DNA of 64,000 bases, from NCBI GenBank assembly GCA_965240465.1, contig OZ251219.1:128001-192000 (forward strand), read 5' to 3'. The position numbers and the translations under genes are program-made. Below are positions 52,982-62,823 of the stretch, piece after piece (the first letter of the stretch is position 1; each line of letters begins with the position of its first letter). Origin of the DNA: a bacterium. GTDB lineage: Bacteria; SAR324; JACQKK01. A model generated the notes under the pieces. It made no database searches, was not told the origin of the DNA, and was given only the letters and a program-made list of their open reading frames with translations.

Positions 52982-54808
52982 TTACGGTCGCATACGGTTA
53001 ACCAACCTGGCATAGCGACCTCCTTTTTTCATAAGTTGCTGATGAGTACCACTCTCTGCAATGCGACCTTGATGAATCATAAGAATGTTGTCTGCTTTGC
53101 GAATGGTACTTAAGCGGTGAGCAATGGCTATCACTGTACGATCTTGAAATAGATTCTGAACTGCTTTTTGAATAGCCTGTTCAGTTATAGAATCCACCGC
53201 ACTAGTGGCCTCATCTAGTACAATCAGTTCTGACTTCCAAGCTACTGCACGTGCCAACGAGAATAGTTGCTTTTGTCCCGCAGAGAAATTATCGGCTCCA
53301 AGCCTCACCTGATTCTGATACCCCTCCTCCAGTTTATTAATGAAAGGGTCAACTTGTGCATATTGGGCAGCTTCTTTAAGCTGCGACATAGAAACATCTT
53401 TTCCCATGCCAATGTTAAAAGCTACAGACCCTTGAAATAGAAATACATCTTGATGAACAACCGCCATCAAGCGATTAATTTCATCAGCTGAGAATTTTCT
53501 TAGCTCTCTTCCATTTATAAGAATTTCACCTCTATAACCATCATAGGCCTGCATCAGCAACTTAACGATGGAAGACTTGCCAGCTCCTGTCGCTCCAACA
53601 ATGGCTAAATTCTGCCCACGATGAAGAACAAAACTAACCCCTTTTAATACCTCTTCTCCATCTTCCCGATATGAGAATTTAACATCCTTAAACTCTAATG
53701 ATTGAAAAACCCCAGTATCTTCTATGATAGGACGATAATCCGGATTAATAACCTCACAGGAAGCAATTGGCTGATCACATATCCCACTGATGTGACTTAA
53801 AGATGCAAGAGAGTGCTGGAATAGAGCAATTTGTTGGGAAAATCCTTTCAGCGGTAAAAATAACTTCTGGATGTAGTCCACAAAAGCTACCAGTACACCT
53901 AAACTCAGGATCCCTAATTTCAACTGAATGGCACCCACAGCTAGCACTGCCGCAATAGATAACACAGTAAAAAATTCCATGGAGGCATAAAGAGCCGAAT
54001 CGTAAAAAATAGAAACGTTTTGAGCTTTTAAAAAACGTTCACTCTTGACTTTGAAGGTATGCCTAGCACGGTGTTCCGTCCGAAATAATTGCAGAGCCTT
54101 AACCCCTGCTAAGCATTCATGCAGCCAGCCTGTAGCATAAGCAAGGGCACGGTGGGTTTCGTAAAAGATAGTCCGAACGCGGACCCGAAACAAGATGATT
54201 ACCAATACTACCATGGGTAAAATAAGAAACAGTACCACCGTCAATCGTGCATTCAGTAGAAACATTGCGATAAGGAATGCCATCATTTTTAGTAATTTCA
54301 CCACCATTTCCATGATCTGGGTACTAAATCCATCTGCTAATATTTCTATATCACTGGTGACACGGGTCAACACCGAACCGATGGGATGTTTATCAAAGTA
54401 GCTACGCGGCAATCTGAGGGTATGTGCAAATACTTTAGATCGCATGGATGCCAGTATATTTTGCATGATATGCTCTACAACGATTAAATAGATAGCGTCT
54501 ATCATATAGTCCAGTAGCACTACAGAAATGGCTACGGAGGTTAAGGTCAAGACACCCCCCCGATACGGACTGAGGTCTTTTTCTTTAATAGCAGGAAGGA
54601 GGTAGTCATCAATTGCTATCTTAGTGAGCCAAGTAGGCACACTAGCCACAAAAGCAGATAATGGCAATAACAACAATACGCCTAGAAGCACCCAACGCCA
54701 GCGTACAATATCCGGCCACATCATGAGAAATAATGGAGATGGTTCACCTCTTGCTGAAAACCGCCTAAAAAATTTATCAAGCCACAACGGAAGACACTCG
54801 TTGCTCAT
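52982..54808 (-). CDS. ABC exporter half-transporter (MdlB-like subunit)
   Basis: TMD plus NBD: GATGAGKS, signature FSAGQ, Walker B IVLDE and AHRLST. Confidence 0.92.
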   Translation of the reverse strand: MSNECLPLWLDKFFRRFSARGEPSPLFLMMWPDIVRWRWVLLGVLLLLPLSAFVASVPTWLTKIAIDDYLLPAIKEKDLSPYRGGVLTLTSVAISVVLLDYMIDAIYLIVVEHIMQNILASMRSKVFAHTLRLPRSYFDKHPIGSVLTRVTSDIEILADGFSTQIMEMVVKLLKMMAFLIAMFLLNARLTVVLFLILPMVVLVIILFRVRVRTIFYETHRALAYATGWLHECLAGVKALQLFRTEHRARHTFKVKSERFLKAQNVSIFYDSALYASMEFFTVLSIAAVLAVGAIQLKLGILSLGVLVAFVDYIQKLFLPLKGFSQQIALFQHSLASLSHISGICDQPIASCEVINPDYRPIIEDTGVFQSLEFKDVKFSYREDGEEVLKGVSFVLHRGQNLAIVGATGAGKSSIVKLLMQAYDGYRGEILINGRELRKFSADEINRLMAVVHQDVFLFQGSVAFNIGMGKDVSMSQLKEAAQYAQVDPFINKLEEGYQNQVRLGADNFSAGQKQLFSLARAVAWKSELIVLDEATSAVDSITEQAIQKAVQNLFQDRTVIAIAHRLSTIRKADNILMIHQGRIAESGTHQQLMKKGGRYARLVNRMRP

Positions 54809-56793
54809 AAAACCTCATCCTTTTTTATGAGATTATCAGACAAACTATCAGCTGGAATTTGAGAAATTTCTTTAGGATCCCCATAATCAGGAGAATAATC
54901 AGCTTCTGTCAAAGCACTATCAAGTGAACGCTCTTGTTGCAGAAGCCAAGCATCGCGATATATTCCTTTATGTTTAATTAATTCCTGGTGGCTATCGCAG
55001 GCCTGCAATTTACCCTCGCTTAGAATCAATACCCGCGTCGCTCTTTCTAGGGCTGAGATACGATGAGAAATAATCAGTGTAGATTGGGCATTTTGGAACT
55101 TATAAATTTGATCTACTAGTAATTTTTCAGTACGGTGATCAACTGCAGAAAGAACATCATCCAGCACCAGCAGTCCACATTGACGCAACATGCTCCTGGC
55201 CAAGGAAACACGCTGTTTTTGACCTCCGGAGAGGGTAACACCCATCTCTCCCACCATGGTTTGGATACCCTGAGGGAATTTTGCTAAATCAGGTGCAAGG
55301 CCGGCTTTGCGAGCTACGCTAATAATCTCGGTGCTCTTTTCAGGAGATATTTCTCCAGCAATAGAGCCCTGTGCCTGAGAGGATTTTGAGTCTTCTAATT
55401 CTTCAGCAGAAAGTCCAGAAAGTAAAAATGGGGATTTCTTTTTCTCTACTTCAACCATGTGACTGTCTGCATCTTCCCCAAAGGCTATATTAGCTTCAAT
55501 AGTATCAGAAAAAAGCTGGGGGTCTTGTGTTATCAACAAAATCTTACTGCGTAAGGTAGAAAGACTCAATTTACAGACATCCACACCATCCAGAAATATA
55601 GTACCCAAAGGTGGAGTGAGCCATCCACACAACAAATTAGCTAGGGTGCTTTTTCCTTGTCCAACCAATCCAAATATACCTATTACATCCCCAGGGCGAA
55701 CGGTAAAAGAAATATCTCGTAAGACAAATTGCTCCAGATTACTAGGATAACACCAAGAAAGTGAACGCACTTCCAGTCCTTGCTGTAACTTATAGGGTAA
55801 AGGCGGTTCTTCAGCTGGTGATATAAGCGGAGGTTCAGGACTAGCATCAAATATCGTCTTAAGGCTTCGCAGTGCCACCAAACCACGCTGAATCACAAAT
55901 AACATATAGCTCGTCCCCATTAAGGGCGATGATAGCAAGGAAAGATACAATAAGTAGGCAGCAAAATCCCCAATGCTCATCTCATTTGTAACAAGCAGAT
56001 TGGCAGCCAGTAGCACTAACAGTACCTTCAATATATTCACTAGCTGTCCGAGAATGGGTACAAAAATAGTCTCTGTACGTACAATCTTCATGGAAATTTC
56101 TTTCAAAGAGATACTGAATGCATTAAACCCTTTCTCAGCCCAACCAAAACCACGATAAGAACGTAGTACATCCAAACCCTTGTAGGCTTCAAGGGTAAAA
56201 GCAGATATTTTACGTAGAATTTCCATGTGCCTAGAGTGATAGCGTTTCACAATTCGCATGGACATTTGTAAGCCCACCAAAGCTAGCAGAATAGGGGCGA
56301 TAACATATAAGGTGATCTGGGGAGAAATTTGAAACATCAGCCAAGGAACAACGATCATAGTGACAGTGCCTTTAAATATAAACAGCATTCCGAATCCCAT
56401 CATAAGACGTACCCCAGTAACATCATTGTTGATGCGAGAGATTAATTCTCCACTAGGATTTTGGACAAAGAATTGATGATGCATTACCATTAGATGTTTC
56501 AACATACTATTTTTTAAGTCGTATTCTATTATCCTGCTGGAACCAAAGAAACACAGGTGAACTACCGGATGAAGGACAAGAGCAAGCAGTCCCAGCAACA
56601 TCATCCAAATGATTCCCTTCAAAAATAGGGGGTCGCTAAATTCACCGCCTTTTTGTAAGACATCAATAGTTAATTTTATCCAGGATGGGATATAAAAAAG
56701 CGACCACATACTTATCCCCAAGGATATTAATCCTATTAAGTATGTCACCCGATGCTCATTCAGCAAGGATGTGATAAACCTCCATGAATTCAT
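54805..56793 (-). CDS. ABC exporter half-transporter (MdlA-like subunit)
   Basis: TMD plus NBD: GLVGQGKST, LSGGQ and LVLDD. ATGA overlap with the partner gene. Confidence 0.92.
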   Translation of the reverse strand: MNSWRFITSLLNEHRVTYLIGLISLGISMWSLFYIPSWIKLTIDVLQKGGEFSDPLFLKGIIWMMLLGLLALVLHPVVHLCFFGSSRIIEYDLKNSMLKHLMVMHHQFFVQNPSGELISRINNDVTGVRLMMGFGMLFIFKGTVTMIVVPWLMFQISPQITLYVIAPILLALVGLQMSMRIVKRYHSRHMEILRKISAFTLEAYKGLDVLRSYRGFGWAEKGFNAFSISLKEISMKIVRTETIFVPILGQLVNILKVLLVLLAANLLVTNEMSIGDFAAYLLYLSLLSSPLMGTSYMLFVIQRGLVALRSLKTIFDASPEPPLISPAEEPPLPYKLQQGLEVRSLSWCYPSNLEQFVLRDISFTVRPGDVIGIFGLVGQGKSTLANLLCGWLTPPLGTIFLDGVDVCKLSLSTLRSKILLITQDPQLFSDTIEANIAFGEDADSHMVEVEKKKSPFLLSGLSAEELEDSKSSQAQGSIAGEISPEKSTEIISVARKAGLAPDLAKFPQGIQTMVGEMGVTLSGGQKQRVSLARSMLRQCGLLVLDDVLSAVDHRTEKLLVDQIYKFQNAQSTLIISHRISALERATRVLILSEGKLQACDSHQELIKHKGIYRDAWLLQQERSLDSALTEADYSPDYGDPKEISQIPADSLSDNLIKKDEVL

Positions 56794-56890
56794 ATGGCGA
56801 TATTAATGATATAAAAATCAATAAATTAAAAGATTCAAATATTTAGAGTCACAAGTAAAAAACTTTACCTACACAATGAATACGTCATAG

Positions 56891-56921
56891 TGAACACAGC
56901 ATATTGAACACAGCATATTGA
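56891..56921. repeat. 14-bp perfect tandem direct repeat in a divergent intergenic region
   Basis: tgaacacagcatat at 56891-56904 and 56905-56918, followed by tga. Confidence 0.85.
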
Positions 56922-57008
56922 CATAAAGGAAGATTGTGCCTTATCTATATTGTTATTACTAGAGAAAACCCACCCAGAAAGAATGATTCTTTGGATTTGG
57001 ATTAGTCA

Positions 57009-58097
57009 ATGGAAGAATTTTTTCCCCTTACCTTTCATCAAAGTGCCTGGCAGCCAAGATTGATCAAGAGCCTGCAAGATAACTTGCAGAAAGGACAAAT
57101 ACCCAACTGGTGGATGTACCGAAGCACAAATCAATCAGCTTGTTGGCAAGAGTATAGTACTCATTACAGTCCTTGGAATTTGCAGCGAGAAAAATTGCTA
57201 CAAATGTACCGAGATGCCTGCATTTGGATTTCTCGCATGGTGGCAGACAGGCCTGTACAAGTAATTAGTCTAGGACCTGGTGACGGCACAAAAGATGGGA
57301 TGTTAATGAAAATCTTGTTGGATGGCGGGGTACGCAAGCCATCCGACATGATTTATACACCCTTAGACATTAGTGCAGAGTTGTGTATCCGTGCTACTAA
57401 TCGTGTTAAGTCCTTAGTGCCAGATATAATAACGAAACCGTTGGTGGTGCAAATAGAGCAATATCCGAGGCTTCGTCCTTGGTGGATGAGACATGAAGCC
57501 CAAAGTAATGTGCTTGGCCGTGCAATTAGGATTATCACCTGCTTTGGTATAATTCCAAATATGGATGTAGCACCTTTTCTAGATTGGCTCAAGCGAATGA
57601 TGCGTCCTAGCGATTGGCTGTTGATATCGGTAAATCTCTCTCCCCCGATTACAGAAGCTATCCCCCTTATTATGCCCCAATATGACAACTCCCTTGCCCG
57701 AGCCTGGTACAAAAGCGGCCTGGATTCTTTGGGAATCGGTCGACAACGAGTCAGCATGAATATTCATCCCGAAGCCCTAAATGAAGATGGAAGTGCTTGG
57801 CGAGTGTGCTTGAGCTTAAGTAGTCTTAATGCCAAACGCAGCCTAAAAATCACGCCATTTTCTTCTGAGATCATTGAGCTGGAATTGGAAAATCCTCTGC
57901 GGCTATTTTTTTCAAATAGATTTGAGTCCGAAACGTTTTCCTTCCTGATGAGGCAACAAGGTCTATCTACCTCAAAACAGTGGCTGGAAGAAAAGAAATG
58001 CTGGGAAGGGATATTTGCATCTAGAATTATCCCTACCGGGACGAAAGAAATTGCCCCCATTCTACCCGACTTAAAAAGCTCTTCCCGATCCAATTAG
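57009..58097 (+). CDS. Divergent EgtD-like (Methyltransf_33) SAM-dependent methyltransferase
   Basis: SLGPGDGTKD SAM loop, YTPLDIS, CFGIIPN, LLISVNL and QYD occur in the same order as the EgtD motifs. Confidence 0.65.
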   Translation: MEEFFPLTFHQSAWQPRLIKSLQDNLQKGQIPNWWMYRSTNQSACWQEYSTHYSPWNLQREKLLQMYRDACIWISRMVADRPVQVISLGPGDGTKDGMLMKILLDGGVRKPSDMIYTPLDISAELCIRATNRVKSLVPDIITKPLVVQIEQYPRLRPWWMRHEAQSNVLGRAIRIITCFGIIPNMDVAPFLDWLKRMMRPSDWLLISVNLSPPITEAIPLIMPQYDNSLARAWYKSGLDSLGIGRQRVSMNIHPEALNEDGSAWRVCLSLSSLNAKRSLKITPFSSEIIELELENPLRLFFSNRFESETFSFLMRQQGLSTSKQWLEEKKCWEGIFASRIIPTGTKEIAPILPDLKSSSRSN

Positions 58098-59040
58098 AGC
58101 GACCACGTACGAATTCCTCCCAGTCCAAAGGGTCGGCTCCCTCCAGCTGTACTCGCAGAAGCCTAACTCCACCTGAAAGAGCTCGCACACAGCCATCGGC
58201 ATGCAGCACCCCCATTGCTTCCATCGGAGGTTTAACCTCTTCCATAGCTAAGAAAAACAACCGCCGTCCTTCTATCCATCCTGAACAACCCGGCCAAGAC
58301 TTAAAAGCACGCATTTTTCTCAAAATTCCCTGGGTGTCCTCCCTAGAAAAATCTATCCAGCCATCTTCTTTCTTTAGACGCTTACACCAAGTGACTTCCC
58401 CTTCACACTGTTGAAAGCCTCCAGCTGTTCCGGTTGTCAATTTGGGAATCATCTCAGATAACAACCCTGCCGCTCGCTGGCTGAGCCTAGTACCTAACAC
58501 CAGTACGTCATCTTCTTTGCTTATTTTTTCTCTGGCTGTAGCCACCACTAATCCAGCATCTAATTTTTTTTGCATGCGTTGTAAGCTTACTCCTGTTTCT
58601 GAGTCGCCAGCTAGCAAAGCAGCTTGCATTGGACTAGCTCCTCTCCAACGAGGAAGCAAGGAAAAGTGCAGATTAAACATACCCAACTTTGCCATTTCCA
58701 AAACCCACCCCGGCAACAGACGACCATAAGCACACACCACTCCCAATTCCATTCCCCACTGCTCAAGCTGTTTGCCTACTATCGTACGCTCTAATTCACC
58801 GGGTCCTAACCATGGCAACCCTAAGCGTTCAGCTTCCCGATGAACTGCACAAGGGCGATACCTTGGCTTTATTTTTATATTCTGTTCGCTTTTGTGCTTC
58901 TTGCCTCCCCTGCCAGCTACACGCGGAGGTTGAGTAACTACTCCCACCAACCGTACCTGATCATGCTCAGCTAATGAATTCAATGCAGGTACTGCCAATT
59001 CGGGACTGCCAAAAAACACCGTCCGCACTTGATTGTTCAT
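58033..59040 (-). CDS. fmt: Methionyl-tRNA formyltransferase
   Basis: FFGSP, VVTQP, AYG, NLHFSLLPRWRGASP, LDAG and KEDG.IDF. Confidence 0.93.
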   Translation of the reverse strand: MNNQVRTVFFGSPELAVPALNSLAEHDQVRLVGVVTQPPRVAGRGGKKHKSEQNIKIKPRYRPCAVHREAERLGLPWLGPGELERTIVGKQLEQWGMELGVVCAYGRLLPGWVLEMAKLGMFNLHFSLLPRWRGASPMQAALLAGDSETGVSLQRMQKKLDAGLVVATAREKISKEDDVLVLGTRLSQRAAGLLSEMIPKLTTGTAGGFQQCEGEVTWCKRLKKEDGWIDFSREDTQGILRKMRAFKSWPGCSGWIEGRRLFFLAMEEVKPPMEAMGVLHADGCVRALSGGVRLLRVQLEGADPLDWEEFVRGRSNWIGKSFLSRVEWGQFLSSR

Positions 59041-59047
59041 GGGTTCG

Positions 59048-60397
59048 CTATTTTTTATCCTTTTTCTTTACCTTCCCACCATTTTTACTAGTACGCATTC
59101 GCAAGGCTTCAGCCTGTGAGAATAGATGCTCGGACTCAGAAAGATGTATAATCTTCTCACTTTCCTGCTCAAAACGTGCCCTTGAGTACCCAAGCACGGG
59201 AGAACGCTTGATAAAATCACCTACCCCCAAGGAAGATGAAAATCTCGCCCGCCCGCCTGTAGGAACCAAATGATTAGTACCACCAAAACAATAACCCACC
59301 GACTGCGGAGTATGCGGGCCCAAGAATATCGCCCCTGCCTGACAAACATGTGCCAATTGTGAGAAGGGGTCTGCTGTCAGTAACTCCAAGTTTGCAGGTG
59401 CCAGCTCATTGATCACCTCCAAGCCGGCTGCTAAGTCTTTCACTACTACAATACCGGATCCATTGGCAAAAGAGGCTTTAATTATATCTGCTCTGGGTAA
59501 GGTGGGAATCAATTCTTCCAAACAAAGAGTCACTGCTTGTGCCTGTTTCTGGCTGGTGGTCACCAACATTGCACGAGCCTCATCATCTTGTTCAGCTTGA
59601 GCAAGTAGATCGCCAGCCAAGTATCCCGCCGGGATATCTCCTCGGGTACACAGAATGACAAGCTCACTGGGCTCTGTGAGTAAATCAACTCCCACCTCGC
59701 CATATATTTGGCGTTTAGCTTCGGCAACCCCGCGATTGCTAGGACCCACAATTTTGTCCACCCGTGGAATACTCTCTGTTCCCCATGCCAGAGCTGCTAT
59801 CGCCTGCACTCCTCCTACCGCGTATATATGCTCCAATCCCAGCAATGCTCCAGCTGCCAAAATATTACTATGTGGCAAGCCATCTTTACCGGGGGATGCC
59901 GCTACTAAGATCTCCTTTACCCCTGCTAGCTGGGCTGGCACTACCCCCATAAACAAGCTCGCAGGACCACCACCACCCCGACCATCAGGTACACACACCC
60001 CAACCCTATCCAATGGCGATACCTTCCATCCTACCACGCTACCATCCGAGCAAAACTCAAACCGACTATCTTCACATTGACGTGAATGAAATTGCTCAAT
60101 GTTGTTGAGTGCCTCAATCCAAACGTCTTTCAATACTGGGTTCAGCCCAGACAGGGCTGCTTCCATCAGGTCTACTCCCACCAGCAAAGAAGGAACCTCA
60201 ACCTCATCAAAACGGCGGGTATATTCCAATAATGCCGCATCCCCCTTGATACGCACCCTTTCTAATACATCCCGCACATGGGCTTGGATTTCCTCATTTT
60301 CTACCCTAGGTCGCTTGTCTAAATGCTCCCAGTATTCTTCCAACGAAGAAAAAATAGCCACCAATCCAATTTCTGACATCAGATTACTCTTCCTCAA
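59048..60397 (-). CDS. hisD: Histidinol dehydrogenase homologue with degenerate active site
   Basis: GDAALLEYTRRFD, GGVQAIAALAWGTESIPRVDKIVGP and GTNHLVPTGGRARFSSSL are retained. QAEH->QAEQ, PEHL->PANL, GDY->GYC and the terminal His->Gln are changed. Confidence 0.85.
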   Translation of the reverse strand: MRKSNLMSEIGLVAIFSSLEEYWEHLDKRPRVENEEIQAHVRDVLERVRIKGDAALLEYTRRFDEVEVPSLLVGVDLMEAALSGLNPVLKDVWIEALNNIEQFHSRQCEDSRFEFCSDGSVVGWKVSPLDRVGVCVPDGRGGGGPASLFMGVVPAQLAGVKEILVAASPGKDGLPHSNILAAGALLGLEHIYAVGGVQAIAALAWGTESIPRVDKIVGPSNRGVAEAKRQIYGEVGVDLLTEPSELVILCTRGDIPAGYLAGDLLAQAEQDDEARAMLVTTSQKQAQAVTLCLEELIPTLPRADIIKASFANGSGIVVVKDLAAGLEVINELAPANLELLTADPFSQLAHVCQAGAIFLGPHTPQSVGYCFGGTNHLVPTGGRARFSSSLGVGDFIKRSPVLGYSRARFEQESEKIIHLSESEHLFSQAEALRMRTSKNGGKVKKKDKK

Positions 60398-60425
60398 GAT
60401 ATCTAAAGGCTAACTCTCAAACCGA

Positions 60426-61265
60426 TCAGCGCTTGCTTCTTGACGATTTGCCATAGCGTTGATCCAGAAATTGTAGCCGACGAGTAGCATCATCGGTCCA
60501 AGCACCGCCTGAGGCAACCAACTCAGCGTAGAAACGGCGTGCCCGCAGAGGTTCTCCCACATCCTCCAAACAACTGGCCAGCAACCAGCGAACATCTGCC
60601 ACTCTACGATATTGGGGCTGATTATCCAGCAGGGCGAACAGAGGCTCCATCGCCCCTTCACACTGGTGCAGTAAGAACAAAGCTTGACCCTGATAATGAA
60701 GCACCTGAGATAAACGCACGTCTTTGGGGTAACGCCTACGAAAATCTGCTAAATCACGCACCCCTACATCCAGTTGCCCGTTGATAATCTGAGACAACCC
60801 ACGGCGAAATAATTTATCTGCTACCGTCACATCAGGAACACCGGCCAACGGACTTCTCAACAGCTGCTCCATCACTGTGATCTGCAACCGCAATTTATCA
60901 ACCTCATCACGCCAAACCACTTGGGATTTAGCATGTTCTTGTAACTCATTCTTAAATTCTTGTTCCAACCTTAAAGCCTCTATCTCCATACGCTCCAAGG
61001 TTTCACGCAAAGCTTTATTTTCTGCGGTCACCTCCCTTAAAAGATTTTCCAACAGCTGTAAGCGATTTTCTATAGCATTAAGCTTACGATTAGACTGGGC
61101 TTGAACAGGAACTGCTAATGATATCAGCCCCATTGATAACACCAACATCCCCAGCAAGAACATTCTAAAGCAACCTTCAAAAGGCTTAACTTGCCGATAC
61201 GGAGGCAAGTACCTCTGTAGAAAGGGAACGATATTTCTAATCAATCTGCTATTACAATAGGACAT
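60426..61265 (-). CDS. cpoB: Tol-Pal associated coiled-coil/TPR protein CpoB (YbgF)
   Basis: Signal peptide (PVQA), coiled coil and three TPR-like repeats; downstream of tolB. Confidence 0.7.
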   Translation of the reverse strand: MSYCNSRLIRNIVPFLQRYLPPYRQVKPFEGCFRMFLLGMLVLSMGLISLAVPVQAQSNRKLNAIENRLQLLENLLREVTAENKALRETLERMEIEALRLEQEFKNELQEHAKSQVVWRDEVDKLRLQITVMEQLLRSPLAGVPDVTVADKLFRRGLSQIINGQLDVGVRDLADFRRRYPKDVRLSQVLHYQGQALFLLHQCEGAMEPLFALLDNQPQYRRVADVRWLLASCLEDVGEPLRARRFYAELVASGGAWTDDATRRLQFLDQRYGKSSRSKR

Positions 61266-61310
61266 ACGAACTCACAAAATTAAAGAATATCAACCGAAAC
61301 AAGTCCTATC

Positions 61311-62738
61311 TCAAAACAAGCTGCCTGCTTCCCAAGAAGGACTATTCTCTTCTATTCCTTTTCCAGTATTGGTAACGCGACGCAAACCACTACCATCAAT
61401 AGATGCCACGTACAGCTTAAAATCTCCGCTACGTCTGGAAGAAAATACAATCTGACGGCCATCAGGAGACCATTCTGATTGTTCACAGTTGTACCTACCT
61501 TGAGTGATAGCACGAATATTTTGACCAAGTTTGTCCATGACATAAATCTGATCTACCCCCCGCACACGACGAGTGAACATGATATCTTCTCCATCAGGAC
61601 TCCATCTGGGATCTGCACTGTAAGAATTATTGAAGGTCAAACGCAAATTGCGTCTGCTTTGTAGATCTAGCAGATATATTTGGGGCGCACCAGAACGAAA
61701 AGACACGTACACTAGCTGATGGTTTGCAGGATGCCAATCAGGCTGAAATTCAATACCTATCCTAGTAGTGATGTGTTGAGGTTTGGGTTTTCTTTTATTG
61801 AGGTTAAAAAAGAACAAATCAGTACCTGCTCCAACGCTAATGACTACTGCTAAACGACCATCTGATGAAAAAGAACCGCCATTGTTCAAGCTGCCAAAAT
61901 CGGTTAAATAGCCACTTCGCCTGCCTTTTTTGCCTAGCTTTTGGTAATAGATGCGGCTACCACGGAGAGAAATTTCGGTATAGACCAAGCTTTGAGCATC
62001 AGACGATAAGCGCGGTAGAATGGCTATATTGTCATTGCGAGATATAATTTTGGGCTCTGCTTGATGAGTATCTGTCGCTGCAATCACCAAATTTTCTCCT
62101 CTTTCTTTCATGGCAAAAACAATGCTAGAACCCAGGATCCCTGTTTTACCGGTCACATTTCTAGCCATCTGATTTACCAGAACTATAATATTCTTTTCTT
62201 TGAGAGCTTTTCTCAGGGACAAATTACTTTCAAACAAAAGTTGCCCACCGGGTCCCAAATCAAGCACTTTCAACTGAAACTGACCATCTTTTACTTCAAC
62301 CTTTATACTTAAGTCTGCCCGCGAAGAATCCTTTACTCCGCAATACTTTTCGCTTCCCATTATAATGCTGAATAAGCCACTCCAACACAAATTTCTCTCC
62401 AGCAGTTTTTCCAGCTGTCTAGCTGAAGAAACATCCTGTTTATCATTAAATACTACCTCAAGAAGCACTACCAAACGTGCAAAATCCAAACCCTTTATCA
62501 CAATGTCTCCAGCTGGATCTTGACTACTAGAAGGAAAACCATAAGACCGCGGTTCCTTAGAATTAGCTTTTGCTCCAGACTCAGCCTTCAATGAGCCTGA
62601 TATAATCACCAGTAGCAATACTGTCAACCATGTCCGGGATATCAGATCAAAAATAATCTTCCCCCCAGGACTGCGACAAACAAAGGCCTTTTTTCTCAGT
62701 AAGAACCTAATCGCTATGGGAAAAAAATTACACTGCAT
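61311..62738 (-). CDS. tolB: Tol-Pal beta-propeller protein TolB
   Basis: PD40 repeats (PRWSPDG, WSPDGRQIVFSS, SPSW) and SFRSGAPQIY; downstream of tolQRA. Confidence 0.85.
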   Translation of the reverse strand: MQCNFFPIAIRFLLRKKAFVCRSPGGKIIFDLISRTWLTVLLLVIISGSLKAESGAKANSKEPRSYGFPSSSQDPAGDIVIKGLDFARLVVLLEVVFNDKQDVSSARQLEKLLERNLCWSGLFSIIMGSEKYCGVKDSSRADLSIKVEVKDGQFQLKVLDLGPGGQLLFESNLSLRKALKEKNIIVLVNQMARNVTGKTGILGSSIVFAMKERGENLVIAATDTHQAEPKIISRNDNIAILPRLSSDAQSLVYTEISLRGSRIYYQKLGKKGRRSGYLTDFGSLNNGGSFSSDGRLAVVISVGAGTDLFFFNLNKRKPKPQHITTRIGIEFQPDWHPANHQLVYVSFRSGAPQIYLLDLQSRRNLRLTFNNSYSADPRWSPDGEDIMFTRRVRGVDQIYVMDKLGQNIRAITQGRYNCEQSEWSPDGRQIVFSSRRSGDFKLYVASIDGSGLRRVTNTGKGIEENSPSWEAGSLF

Positions 62739-62823
62739 AAGTTACTCCATAAATCTTTAATCTCTCAAAAAATAGCCAAAAAATATTGCCTCCATAAAAA
62801 ATTAAGGCTGAATATTTATAATA

